A stretch of DNA of 64,000 nucleotides from an uncultured Atribacterota bacterium (GTDB lineage Bacteria; Atribacterota; Phoenicimicrobiia; Phoenicimicrobiales; Stramentimicrobiaceae), in contig CAYSSG010000007.1 of assembly GCA_964433635.1 (NCBI GenBank), positions 1,609 through 65,608 of the forward strand. The letters run 5' to 3'. How positions within the stretch are numbered: position 1 is the first letter of the stretch; each line of letters begins with the position of its first letter. A program made the position numbers and the translations under genes. Below, piece by piece: positions 9,197-20,917 of the stretch. Under the pieces are notes generated by a model. The model was not told the origin of the DNA, ran no database searches, and saw only the letters and a list, made by a program, of their open reading frames with translations.

Positions 9197-10390
9197 ATGA
9201 ACAAATATAATTTTGATCAGATTATCTCACGAAAGGGTACGTACAGTGCTAAGTGGCAGGGATATGAGAGGAAGTTCCCCGGCTATGATGTGGAAGGTGC
9301 CTTGTGCATGTGGGTAGCAGACATGGATTTTCTCTGTCCCGAAGAGGTCATTTCAGCTGTCGTCAACAGAGCAAAGCATGGTATCTATGGTTACACCTCA
9401 GAAGATGCCGTTGATGCATTTAAAGAGGCAGCTTCCGGCTGGTTTGCCAGGCATTATGGGCTGAAAACAAATGTTGAGTGGATGCTATTTATAAGCGGAG
9501 TTGTCCCATCGATCAATGCGGCTATTCAGGAATTTACTGAACCGGAAGATGGTGTGATCATACAGCAGCCTGTTTATTATCCTTTTAACGAAGCGATCAG
9601 AGATTGCGGCAGGACGATCAGGGTGAATCAGCTTATTGAGAAAGATGGCTATTATGAAATGGATTTTGAAAACCTGGAGAAATTGGTAAAGGAAGAGAGA
9701 ACCAAACTGATCATTTTATGCAGCCCTCATAATCCGGTTGGGCGGGTTTGGACAAAAGATGAGCTCATTCGCCTGGGCAGGATTTGCTGTGAAAATGGTG
9801 TTTTAATCTATTCTGATGAGATTCATGCCGATTTTATCATGAAAGGGAGTAAATTTGTTTCTGCAGGAACCCTGTCTGCTGATACCACTGATAACCTCAT
9901 TTTATCCTTTGCTCCCAGCAAAACATTTAACATAGCCGGCCTGTGTACCTCTGTTATTGTTATTCCGAATAAGAAGATCAGAGAGCGAATGAAAAAGAGA
10001 ATAACAATGAACAGCTACCCTGACGCTAATGTATTTGGCCCCATTGCAGGAGAAGCTGCCTACCGCTATGGTGATGACTATATAAAGGAATTAAAAGAGT
10101 ATATCGAATCAAATTTTGATTACGCAGCAGCATATAGTAAAGAATATCTGCAGGGAATAAGAATAACAAAGCCCGAAGGAACTTATCTGGCCTGGGTGGA
10201 TTTTAGAGATACCGGGATGAGCAACAAAGAGATTAATTCCTTTGTATTGGAAAAAGCAAAGATAGCAGTAGACCCCGGAGAGTGGTTTGGTGCCGGAGGG
10301 GAAGGATTTATCAGAATGAATTTTGCCTGTCCCGAGTCCATGGTAGACGAAGCCATGGAAAGATTAAAAAAAGCACAGAACTATGTCTGA
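9197..10390 (+). CDS. PLP-dependent C-S lyase / aminotransferase class I-II (PatB/MalY family, cystathionine beta-lyase-like)
   Basis: Aminotransferase fold motifs, a PLP-lysine context (SFAPSKTFNIAGL) and a PatB/MalY-like N-terminus (KWQGYERKFPGYDVEGALCMWVADMDF). Confidence 0.85.
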   Translation: MNKYNFDQIISRKGTYSAKWQGYERKFPGYDVEGALCMWVADMDFLCPEEVISAVVNRAKHGIYGYTSEDAVDAFKEAASGWFARHYGLKTNVEWMLFISGVVPSINAAIQEFTEPEDGVIIQQPVYYPFNEAIRDCGRTIRVNQLIEKDGYYEMDFENLEKLVKEERTKLIILCSPHNPVGRVWTKDELIRLGRICCENGVLIYSDEIHADFIMKGSKFVSAGTLSADTTDNLILSFAPSKTFNIAGLCTSVIVIPNKKIRERMKKRITMNSYPDANVFGPIAGEAAYRYGDDYIKELKEYIESNFDYAAAYSKEYLQGIRITKPEGTYLAWVDFRDTGMSNKEINSFVLEKAKIAVDPGEWFGAGGEGFIRMNFACPESMVDEAMERLKKAQNYV

Positions 10391-10520
10391 AGCATAGCTT
10401 GATAAATATAATTTTTAAAAACTCATTTGGATAGGGAGTAGGTATAAGCCTGGGTAGAACAGCACCATACCAGATAGGTGGAATTACCCAGATTGTAGGT
10501 AGCGCTAATTCCAAAAACAC

Positions 10521-13286
10521 CTAGAATTTAATTTTATTCAATAGTATGGGTAATAATAGTAAAGTGTACACTACACTTATCAGCATGACACTGGAAATAA
10601 GTTTTCCAAAGATTGAAATCATTTCAATTTTTGAAAGGGATAAAACAATTAATCCTGCAGCTACAGATACAGAGTTGAAAACAATGGCACGACCGGTTCC
10701 AGTCATCGTATTTTTCATCGCATCAATTCTATTATGTTTTCTTAATTCAAATTTGTATCGATTTATAAAATGAATGGTATAATCAATGCCGGCTCCAATA
10801 GCCACACTGGCCACCATCATGGTACCGATATTCAGAGAGATTTTTACTATCCCCATAACACCAAAGGAAGTGAGTATGGTGAGTATAATTGGTACCATTG
10901 CGATAAATCCAATCCAGATAGATCCAAACTGTAAAGCTAATAATATAAATACCGCAACAAAAGCAGTCAACATACTTTTGATTTGTCCCTGATAAACACT
11001 ATCATTGACACGATTGGTGATGACCGGCATGCCTGTCAAACTAAAAGAAGAAGAAATTTCGCCATCTGAATCAGGAACATAAACATAATCATCAGTTAGA
11101 TACCAGAGATAGTCGGCATCATCTTGACTCAGTTTTAAATGAGATAGATTGACTATCTGCTCCTGGGCATACTGTATTTTCTCTCGTTCACCGGCAATAG
11201 CAATAGAACTATCAATGACATCTTGCAGGTACTCAGCATCATATCCTGAAATTCCCATCTGTTCAATCACATCTTCTATAAAGAGCGAATCATCAAGATT
11301 GGATTGAAGATAATGAGAAATAACAGGTTGTATTTCAGCAGATGTTATATCAAAATCCTCTAATTCTAATGAGGATAATTTGATTATTTCTTCTATGAAT
11401 TTCTCATCTGACTGGACGAATTCTATATCAGCAAGTCCGGCAATTCGGATAAGCTCTCTTTTTAATCCTTCTGCCTGTGTCTGGTTAAATTCCATTCCAT
11501 TTGCCTGCCAGGAACTAATCATCTCCTCTGCAATATAGGGATAATACTGCTCTTTTTCCTCAGAGGATAATTGGCTCATGTCAATTTCTTTGACTGTTTT
11601 TGGTATCTGCTGGATAAATTTTTCGACTTCCTGGATGGATTGCTCAACAACCAAAGAAGTCATCTCTCTTGAACGTACTTGCAGGACAGTGCTTTGGTCA
11701 TCATCTTTTATCATAGAATCAACAAATTCATTTCCTTCGGCAAAAAACCAGAGATTATCTATTTTACCTGGGTTGGCGGGAATAATCTTCTTATTTTCCA
11801 TTACTTCATTAAGTTGTGTCAGGAAGATGCTGATCGAAGTCGGCTGAGAAAGAGAGGGCAATCTTTTGGCAAAATTTTGAATTTTATCAATGCTTCTTAA
11901 TATATAAGGATGTTTGACATTTTCTGCCTCGGTATAGACATATAGAAAATCAACGCCTCCGAATTTTTCTTTAAAGTAATCCATACTTTTTGTAATTGGA
12001 TTATTCAAGCCCAACCGAGCTTCGATAGATGAGTCAGGTTTTACTTGAGTCACATAAAATCCTGAAATAATAACAATAACGATAATAATACTAATAATCA
12101 AAGCCTTTTTCCGGACAATTGAATTTCCTAAAAAATTAAGAAAACGGGTTATCAGGTCTTCCGAAAGATGAGAAAAATTTTCCGGCACCTTCTTTGGTGC
12201 AAAGACATTAAAAATTGCCCCAAGTAAAAAAATAACCAGGAGGAATGCTACAAAAATTCCGATCGTGGCAAAAATCCCGAATTCGGTCATCGGTATAATG
12301 ATAGCAGTAACCAGGGAAGCAAAACCAGCCATCGTAGTTAAAGCACTCATCATAATAGGAACAACGGAATATTCTATTGCTTTTTCAATAGCCTTTTCGG
12401 GAGCAAAGTTTTGTCTTTCTTCATAGTATCGGCTGATAAAATGAATGCCATATGCTGTTACCAGGGAGAGCATAACTACCGGAATCACTGATATAATGAT
12501 TGTTACCGTTTTGCCGGAGGCAGCAATTGCTCCCAACAGTAAGAGAGAAGAAAGAATTGCAACCAGCGCGGGAAAGATTGTTCCCTGAATAGTTCGAAAA
12601 CTATAATATAGAAGAGCAAGAATAACAATAGCTGCAATGATTACCAAAGACATATTATCAGTAGCCATTTCAGTTATTTGCGCATCCATAATTGGATAAC
12701 CATGGTATTCAACTTTAAGTGCATTTTCTACATTTTCATTTACAATTCTCTCAATTTCATTTTTCAGTAAGGTTCCATTCATATCTGGAACTGATTCAGC
12801 CATTAAAAGAGCTGCCTGGCTATCTGGTGATAGATATGAACCCCGGATTAATTCGTCTTCAAACGCATCTTTTTCCAGTTGTCGAGCTTCCCGTTCTGTT
12901 TCCGGGAAAACCTCTACAAATTCTCTCACTTCAATGCCAAAATCGGTGGCGATAATCTTTGGCATGTTTAAGAAGGAATTTACCGAAGTGATATAATCAG
13001 ATTTTTCCAGTTGTTCGGAAATATATTTAAAGTTTTGTAAGTTTTCTAATTTAAATAAGTCATCGTATTCTATGGCAATTAGCGTTATATTCTTATCATC
13101 TCTACCAAACTTTTCTGAAATTTCCTCATAGAATTCTATTTCCGGATCACCTTCAGCGAGGTATTCAGTGATATCATCATCTACTACCAGGTTTTTAATT
13201 TGGGAGATACTTAATACACTTAATATGATTGTAACAATCATGATTAATTTAGAATGTTTTCTAATAAAATGTGCCAGTTTGTTCAT
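10521..13286 (-). CDS. MMPL/RND-superfamily transporter (two TM bundles with large extracytoplasmic loops)
   Basis: 921 aa. It has an N-terminal TM helix, a large soluble domain, a TM cluster (...GIHFISRYYEE...), a second soluble domain and a second TM cluster (...GIDYTIHFINRY...), matching MMPL/RND architecture. The RBS GGAG lies upstream on the minus strand. Confidence 0.85.
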   Translation of the reverse strand: MNKLAHFIRKHSKLIMIVTIILSVLSISQIKNLVVDDDITEYLAEGDPEIEFYEEISEKFGRDDKNITLIAIEYDDLFKLENLQNFKYISEQLEKSDYITSVNSFLNMPKIIATDFGIEVREFVEVFPETEREARQLEKDAFEDELIRGSYLSPDSQAALLMAESVPDMNGTLLKNEIERIVNENVENALKVEYHGYPIMDAQITEMATDNMSLVIIAAIVILALLYYSFRTIQGTIFPALVAILSSLLLLGAIAASGKTVTIIISVIPVVMLSLVTAYGIHFISRYYEERQNFAPEKAIEKAIEYSVVPIMMSALTTMAGFASLVTAIIIPMTEFGIFATIGIFVAFLLVIFLLGAIFNVFAPKKVPENFSHLSEDLITRFLNFLGNSIVRKKALIISIIIVIVIISGFYVTQVKPDSSIEARLGLNNPITKSMDYFKEKFGGVDFLYVYTEAENVKHPYILRSIDKIQNFAKRLPSLSQPTSISIFLTQLNEVMENKKIIPANPGKIDNLWFFAEGNEFVDSMIKDDDQSTVLQVRSREMTSLVVEQSIQEVEKFIQQIPKTVKEIDMSQLSSEEKEQYYPYIAEEMISSWQANGMEFNQTQAEGLKRELIRIAGLADIEFVQSDEKFIEEIIKLSSLELEDFDITSAEIQPVISHYLQSNLDDSLFIEDVIEQMGISGYDAEYLQDVIDSSIAIAGEREKIQYAQEQIVNLSHLKLSQDDADYLWYLTDDYVYVPDSDGEISSSFSLTGMPVITNRVNDSVYQGQIKSMLTAFVAVFILLALQFGSIWIGFIAMVPIILTILTSFGVMGIVKISLNIGTMMVASVAIGAGIDYTIHFINRYKFELRKHNRIDAMKNTMTGTGRAIVFNSVSVAAGLIVLSLSKIEMISIFGKLISSVMLISVVYTLLLLPILLNKIKF

Positions 13287-13315
13287 GTAGTCTACTCCAG
13301 TTTTGTGAATAAGAA

Positions 13316-13918
13316 TTAAGGAATATTATTTTTTGATTTTATAATTCCAGAGATGATAAATTTGGACAACATGTCAATAACTTCCTCAGTTGAACAGGGA
13401 AGCCTGGATATTATCTCAGGATTTACAACAGATTGAATTGTATTTATGATTAATAAAATAATAATTTCAACATCGATATCGTCACGGATAATATCTTCTT
13501 TTTTTGCTTGATTAAGGAGTTCTCTCAGCTGATTATTAAACATTTTTTCTCGAAGATTGCTGATCTTTTGCCAGGCCTCTGGATTATTTTTTCTAATATC
13601 TTCAAAGGCGTGAATGCTGCATTTTGTAAGTTGCACTTGTATTAAAGATATCATTTGCTCTAATGAAGCAAGCCCCTTTATATTTTTACTGTTGATAATT
13701 TTGTTTATATTATCCTGAAATTCCTGAAAAAAATCATAGATCACGGCTTCTAATAAAATGTTTTTACTTTTATACAGCTGATAGAGCGTTCTCTTGCTCA
13801 TACTAATCTCAGAAGCCAATTCATCCATGGTTACTTTGGAATAACCAAAGCTAAAGAATAGTTTTCTTGCACCTGAAAGTACTTTTTTTCTCATAAAATT
13901 TTGTTGATCTTTTGACAT
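13316..13918 (-). CDS. TetR/AcrR family transcriptional regulator
   Basis: N-terminal HTH (KVLSGARKLFFSFGYSKVTMDELASEISMSKRTLYQLYKSK). It lies 29 nt upstream of the MMPL gene on the same strand, so the two likely form an operon. Confidence 0.85.
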   Translation of the reverse strand: MSKDQQNFMRKKVLSGARKLFFSFGYSKVTMDELASEISMSKRTLYQLYKSKNILLEAVIYDFFQEFQDNINKIINSKNIKGLASLEQMISLIQVQLTKCSIHAFEDIRKNNPEAWQKISNLREKMFNNQLRELLNQAKKEDIIRDDIDVEIIILLIINTIQSVVNPEIISRLPCSTEEVIDMLSKFIISGIIKSKNNIP

Positions 13919-14009
13919 TTTAACCTTAAGATATTGCTAAAACTTATATCGTTTTTTTAGTTTACTTCTTATTTTAATCATATTCCATGCTCCATGTCAA
14001 ATTTTTCGT

Positions 14010-14024
14010 TCAATTTTGAATTGA
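14010..14024. promoter_or_regulatory. Inverted repeat TCAATT-TTG-AATTGA, candidate TetR operator
   Basis: A perfect 6-3-6 palindrome in the divergent intergenic region between the tetR start (13918, minus) and the hydrolase gene (14196, plus). Confidence 0.25.
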
Positions 14025-14195
14025 TAAAGTCGTGGATCTATAACTGAAAGAAAACATCTTGTCTGATCAAGTTAAGTTTACCCTGATAGATAAGACAGTA
14101 GGAATGGTTATCTTGCCAAGCATTCTTCCAGAATCTATAATGAAAGAAAGAATGAACACAGCAAAATATTTTAAAATAAAGAGGGAGAAAAGAGC

Positions 14196-15626
14196 ATGAA
14201 AGAGATATGTATCATTCTGTTATTAAGTATTTTTACTATTGTTGCCCTGGGTAATCCGAGCAGTGCCTCTGAGTTGATGGGGATAGAAGGAATCTGGGAG
14301 GGTAGGCTGCAGGTTCCCGGAACTGAGCTCAGCATTGTTTTTAGGATACAGGCAACGTCTGAGGGCAGCTTCACAGCTACCATAGATAGTCCGGACCAGG
14401 GAATAACCGGAATTCCGGTTGATGAAATTACCCTGAAAGATGATACTTTACGGCTGGAAGTAAGATCTATCGGAGGAATTTTTGAGGGGGAGGTCAGCAA
14501 AGATTTCTCAGGGATCAAAGGAGAATGGAGACAGTCCGGAGCATCTTTTCCTCTTTCGCTTCAGAGGATCGAAAAGGCAATAGAAATCATAAGACCCCAG
14601 GAACCGGAAAGGCCTTATCCTTATCTCGAGGAAGAGGTTAAGTATAAAAATTCAAAGGCCGGGCTTACCCTGGCAGGAACATTGACCTTACCCAACGAAA
14701 AAGGCTCTTTCCCTGCAGTTTTGCTCATTACCGGTTCCGGCCCGCAGGATCGGAATGAAACTGTTGCCGGTCACCGGCCGTTTTTGGTACTGGCAGATTA
14801 CCTGACTCGGCAGGGAATTGCCGTGCTGAGAGTGGATGACCGGGGAGTCGGCGAATCTACTGGAGATTTTTCCCAGGCCACCAGCGAAGATTTTGCATCT
14901 GATGTACTGGCTGGCATTGAGTACCTCAAGACACGAGAGGAGATAAATTCCAAGCAGATCGGATTGATTGGTCACAGTGAAGGCGGCCTCATTGCTCCCA
15001 TGGTTGCAGTCCAATCCCCGGATGTAGCTTTCATTATTTTAATGGCCGGACCCGGATTGCCAGGAGAGGAAATTTTGTATCTGCAGAATGAATTAATTTC
15101 CAGAGCCATGGGCATCAGCGAAGAGGAGATTGCCATGAATCATCTTTATAACAGAAGGATCTATTCCCTGGTAAAAGAAGAGAAAAATATAGACATTCTG
15201 AAGGAAAAGCTTATTCAGGTGTTTGAAGAATACTTTGCCGGGCTTAGCGAGGAAGAAAAAGTCAGAATCGGTGACCCGGAACTATTTATGAATGCCCAGA
15301 TAGAAAGCTCATTATCTCCCTGGTTTAAATATTTTCTTACTTATGACCCTAAACCGACTTTAAGCAAGGTAAGCTGTCCGGTTCTTGCCATCAACGGAGA
15401 AAAGGATCTGCAGGTTCCCCCGCAAGAAAACCTCAAGGCGATTGAAGAAGCATTCATTGCAGGAGGCAACAAAGATTTTATGATAAAGGAATTACCAGGC
15501 CTGAACCATATTTTCCAGAATGCTCAAACCGGATCCCCTGATGAATATGTCCGGATTGAAGAGACGATATCACCGGTAGCTTTGAAGCTGATAGGTGATT
15601 GGATTTTAGAGCAGGTAAAAATGTGA
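14196..15626 (+). CDS. Secreted alpha/beta hydrolase (S9/S15-like, GHSEGG nucleophile elbow)
   Basis: N-terminal signal peptide (MKEICIILLLSIFTIVALGNPSSASE) and the GxSxG motif (IGHSEGGLIAP), with hydrolase-fold spacing of the downstream D and H residues. Confidence 0.8.
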   Translation: MKEICIILLLSIFTIVALGNPSSASELMGIEGIWEGRLQVPGTELSIVFRIQATSEGSFTATIDSPDQGITGIPVDEITLKDDTLRLEVRSIGGIFEGEVSKDFSGIKGEWRQSGASFPLSLQRIEKAIEIIRPQEPERPYPYLEEEVKYKNSKAGLTLAGTLTLPNEKGSFPAVLLITGSGPQDRNETVAGHRPFLVLADYLTRQGIAVLRVDDRGVGESTGDFSQATSEDFASDVLAGIEYLKTREEINSKQIGLIGHSEGGLIAPMVAVQSPDVAFIILMAGPGLPGEEILYLQNELISRAMGISEEEIAMNHLYNRRIYSLVKEEKNIDILKEKLIQVFEEYFAGLSEEEKVRIGDPELFMNAQIESSLSPWFKYFLTYDPKPTLSKVSCPVLAINGEKDLQVPPQENLKAIEEAFIAGGNKDFMIKELPGLNHIFQNAQTGSPDEYVRIEETISPVALKLIGDWILEQVKM

Positions 15627-15674
15627 AATCTGCCAGGAAACGATCCTTGAATGCCTAAAGAGAGGAGAATCATC

Positions 15675-16100
15675 ATGAGTCATGAGGAGAAATTTGAAGA
15701 ATATAAGAAAAAATTAATTCAGGAGAATGAGGAGAAATATGGGCAGAAAATAAGGCAGTTGTATGGGAAAGAAGCAGTCAAAAAATCCAATGAAAAGGTC
15801 AAGAATATGAATAAAGAAGAACATGAACATATGACGAAGATTGAAGATGCATTAATGGAGACCCTGCAGGCAGCCATGCAGACAGGTGAGCCTGCCGGTG
15901 AATTGGGACAAAAAGCAGCAGACTTGCATCGGCAATGGCTTTCCTTTTATTGGGGAAGTTACGATAAAGAGGCTCATGCCGGACTTGTCCGGATGTATGT
16001 GGCTGATAAGCGATTTACCGAATATTATGATAAAAAACAACCGGGAACTGCAAAATTTTTAAGAGATGCGGTATTAGTCTATACTGGAATGAACAAATAA
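15675..16100 (+). CDS. TipAS antibiotic-recognition-domain-like protein
   Basis: C-terminal region (...WGSYDKEAHAGLVRMYVADKRFTEYYDK...AKFLRDAV) is typical of TipAS/Mta-C domains. Start chosen at the ATG at 15675, which has an AGGAGA RBS. The longer ORF from 15651 lacks an RBS. Confidence 0.55.
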   Translation: MSHEEKFEEYKKKLIQENEEKYGQKIRQLYGKEAVKKSNEKVKNMNKEEHEHMTKIEDALMETLQAAMQTGEPAGELGQKAADLHRQWLSFYWGSYDKEAHAGLVRMYVADKRFTEYYDKKQPGTAKFLRDAVLVYTGMNK

Positions 16101-16224
16101 AGAAATATTTTTGTTAATATCTCATTCACGAGAGGCTTCCCGGGCTCTTTCTATATAGTAATGAAAGAAATCAGCCATATTAAAAGGTTTGATTTTGACC
16201 AGTGGCTTTCCTCTGCTTTCTGGA

Positions 16225-16253
16225 TTGACAGGATAAAATTTGTAATGTATATT
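16225..16253 (+). promoter_or_regulatory. Sigma-70-like promoter: TTGACA, 17-nt spacer, TATATT, upstream of perR-katG
   Basis: TTGACA at 16225-16230, a 17-nt spacer, and TATATT at 16248-16253. Confidence 0.5.
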
Positions 16254-16256
16254 ATA

Positions 16257-16271
16257 TAATAATGATTACAA
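16257..16271 (+). promoter_or_regulatory. Per-box-like operator (TAATAATGATTACAA)
   Basis: 13 of 15 positions match the Bacillus PerR box TTATAATNATTATAA, including the TAAT-N-ATTA core. It lies immediately downstream of the -10 element, across the predicted transcription start. Confidence 0.4.
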
Positions 16272-16341
16272 ATATAGAATAATTATCAATATATGAGAAG
16301 GATTAAATACAATCTATTTATTTAAAGAATTATCAGACATA

Positions 16342-18959
<2,618 letters not shown>

Positions 18960-19229
18960 TCAAAGTGACCGCAAAATGACTTTGCGAAGCAAGGATTTAT
19001 AATAAATGAGGAAAACACAAAGACCGCAATGGCAAGGTGGGATCTATCATCTTATTGCTAAAAGACCTGGAATAAAAACAGAGATCATTCTCATTCAGGT
19101 GTTTATCTATAGCACTAAGACTGTGCCTTAATGGCTATAGTAATATCTTTCATAGTATAGTAGAATAGTAAAACATCATGGATGGTCTGTAATAGCATGA
19201 TGGAATTTAAAGAATAAGAAGCAGTTTAT

Positions 19230-19305
19230 GGGGATATAGCTCAGTTGGGAGAGCGCTGCGTTCGCATCGCAGAGGCCAGGGGTTCGAATCCCCTTATCTC
19301 CACCA
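19230..19305 (+). tRNA. tRNA-Ala (anticodon CGC), CCA encoded
   Basis: The cloverleaf was read by hand. Acceptor GGGGATA/TATCTCC with the G3:U70 Ala identity pair; D-arm GCTC-AGTTGGGA-GAGC; anticodon stem CTGCG/CGCAG with loop TTCGCAT; T-arm AGGGG-TTCGAAT-CCCCT; discriminator A followed by CCA. Confidence 0.9.
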
Positions 19306-19707
19306 GAAATATAATAGGGTTAGATTCTCAACCTTAAATAATTTGAGATGAGGTCTGGCCCTTTCTCTTTTTTGTGTCAGGGGACAGGTACGTGACACAC
19401 GTGACACACAAGGGCACAGGCTTTTGTAAGGATCATTCTTCCGGTTTTAGTATCATATATTATAGTGACCGTGATTATGTCTTTATAATCTTCCGGAATA
19501 AATACGTTTATACAGTCATGTTGTCAATAAAGCTGATCAAATAATACCTATTGCCTGAAAAAATTTGATTGGTCAACTATGTGTTAAATGCTGGATGTTA
19601 ACAGCTGGCTGGATTATAATGATGATACCGTTGGGTATCAGGTTCTTCTTTATCCAAAAAAGTTTAATGGAAGATCTTGCCGCAGGTACAGTAAAGGGAA
19701 AATAAGA

Positions 19708-20853
19708 ATGATTGAAAGAATGACATCAAGAGAACGTGTGTTAAAAGCGTTGAATCATCAAGTCACTGACCGTATCCCGATTGATTTTGGTGGTACGGCC
19801 AATACCAGTATTGTAAAAGAAGGTTATGACAGGCTAACAAAATATATTGGACTGGAACAAGGTAACATTGAATTCATTGACACAATGATGAGATCTGTCA
19901 GGGTAGCCGAAGAAGTGCAAGAATACTTTGAAACAGATTTCAGAGGTGTTTTCCCGCCGAGATCTTTACCGATTAAATGGTTAAACAGTAATACTTATAC
20001 TGACCAATGGGGTATTGAGTGGACAAAAAAGGAAGATATATTTTATTATGAACAGGCAAATTATCCACTAGCCGGTGACATAACGGCGCAGGATGTATTG
20101 ACATATCATTGGCCAAATCCGCATGAAATTGACATCAGTGATGATCTGCATAAAAGAGTAAAAAAAATGAGGGAAGAAACAGATAAAGCACTCATATTGG
20201 ATTTACCTGCACCCATGATTCATACAACACAGTATTTACGCGGATTTGAAAATTGGTATATGGATTGTGCAAGTAATGTCAAACTGCTTGAGATCTTATT
20301 TGATACAGTCCTGGAGATCAACATCTTTATTGCTGAAAAAATTCTGAAACAGGCTGCCCAAGATGCTGATATCATTAAAATGGCCGATGATATCGGCATG
20401 CAGAATGGTTTGCAGGTATCACCTGATTTTTTCCGGAAATACATCAAGCCCAGATTTAAGAGATATACTGATTTAATTCGAAGATTTGCACCTGATACGA
20501 TCATACATTTGCATAGCTGTGGAAGTATCGAAATGATTTTAAAAGACCTGATTGAGATTGGCATCAATGCCATTAATCCTGTACAGGTTTCTGCTAAGAA
20601 TATGGATCCTAAAACTCTGAAGTCAAAGTACGGCAAAGATTTGAGTTTTTGGGGTGCGATTGATACCCAGAATGTATTGAATAGAATGAACGATGACGAA
20701 GTTCGAGAAGAGGTAAGGAAAACAATCGATATTCTTGGTGCAAATGGCGGATATGTCTTAAGTGCCGTGCATAACATTCAGCCGGATGTTCCACCGGAAA
20801 ATATTGTAGCGATGTTAGAAGAGGGCAAGAATTATAAAGGCTTCAGGGATTGA
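19708..20853 (+). CDS. Uroporphyrinogen decarboxylase (URO-D) family protein, MtaA/CmuA-like methylcobamide methyltransferase type
   Basis: URO-D-like N-terminus (MTSRERVLKALNHQVTDRIPIDFGG) and a family-typical C-terminus (SFWGAIDTQNVL...GGYVLSAVHNIQPDVPPENIVAM). Start taken at the ATG at 19708, which has a modest RBS. Confidence 0.75.
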   Translation: MIERMTSRERVLKALNHQVTDRIPIDFGGTANTSIVKEGYDRLTKYIGLEQGNIEFIDTMMRSVRVAEEVQEYFETDFRGVFPPRSLPIKWLNSNTYTDQWGIEWTKKEDIFYYEQANYPLAGDITAQDVLTYHWPNPHEIDISDDLHKRVKKMREETDKALILDLPAPMIHTTQYLRGFENWYMDCASNVKLLEILFDTVLEINIFIAEKILKQAAQDADIIKMADDIGMQNGLQVSPDFFRKYIKPRFKRYTDLIRRFAPDTIIHLHSCGSIEMILKDLIEIGINAINPVQVSAKNMDPKTLKSKYGKDLSFWGAIDTQNVLNRMNDDEVREEVRKTIDILGANGGYVLSAVHNIQPDVPPENIVAMLEEGKNYKGFRD

Positions 20854-20917
20854 TGATATGCCTGAAAATGATGAAAAATGAATTAGAAATTCTAGAAGTT
20901 AGGGCAGGTTCACCTGA

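Noticed and set aside
10391-10520. Relatively GC-rich 130-nt convergent intergenic region (CTGGGTA...TACCCAG 7-bp inverted repeat) between patB and the MMPL gene, considered as an sRNA or bidirectional terminator
   Set aside because: The inverted repeat has a 28-nt loop and no flanking U/A tracts. This is insufficient to call a terminator or sRNA without transcript data.
10546-12955. Sense-strand ORFs (10546-10773, 10786-10992, 11578-11847, 11679-11900, 12719-12955, plus strand) opposite the MMPL transporter gene
   Set aside because: Each is fully contained in the 921-aa minus-strand gene. They are hydrophobic mirror-frame artefacts without start signals.
15651-15674. Longer start (15651) for the TipAS-like gene
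   Set aside because: No SD before 15651, whereas AGGAGA precedes the ATG at 15675. The shorter form also matches typical TipAS domain length.
19391-19408. Tandem CGTGACACA repeat after tRNA-Ala considered as a CRISPR fragment or att site
   Set aside because: Only two 9-nt copies and no spacer-repeat periodicity. No integrase or duplicated tRNA 3' end was found. It is kept only as a low-interest hairpin/repeat note.
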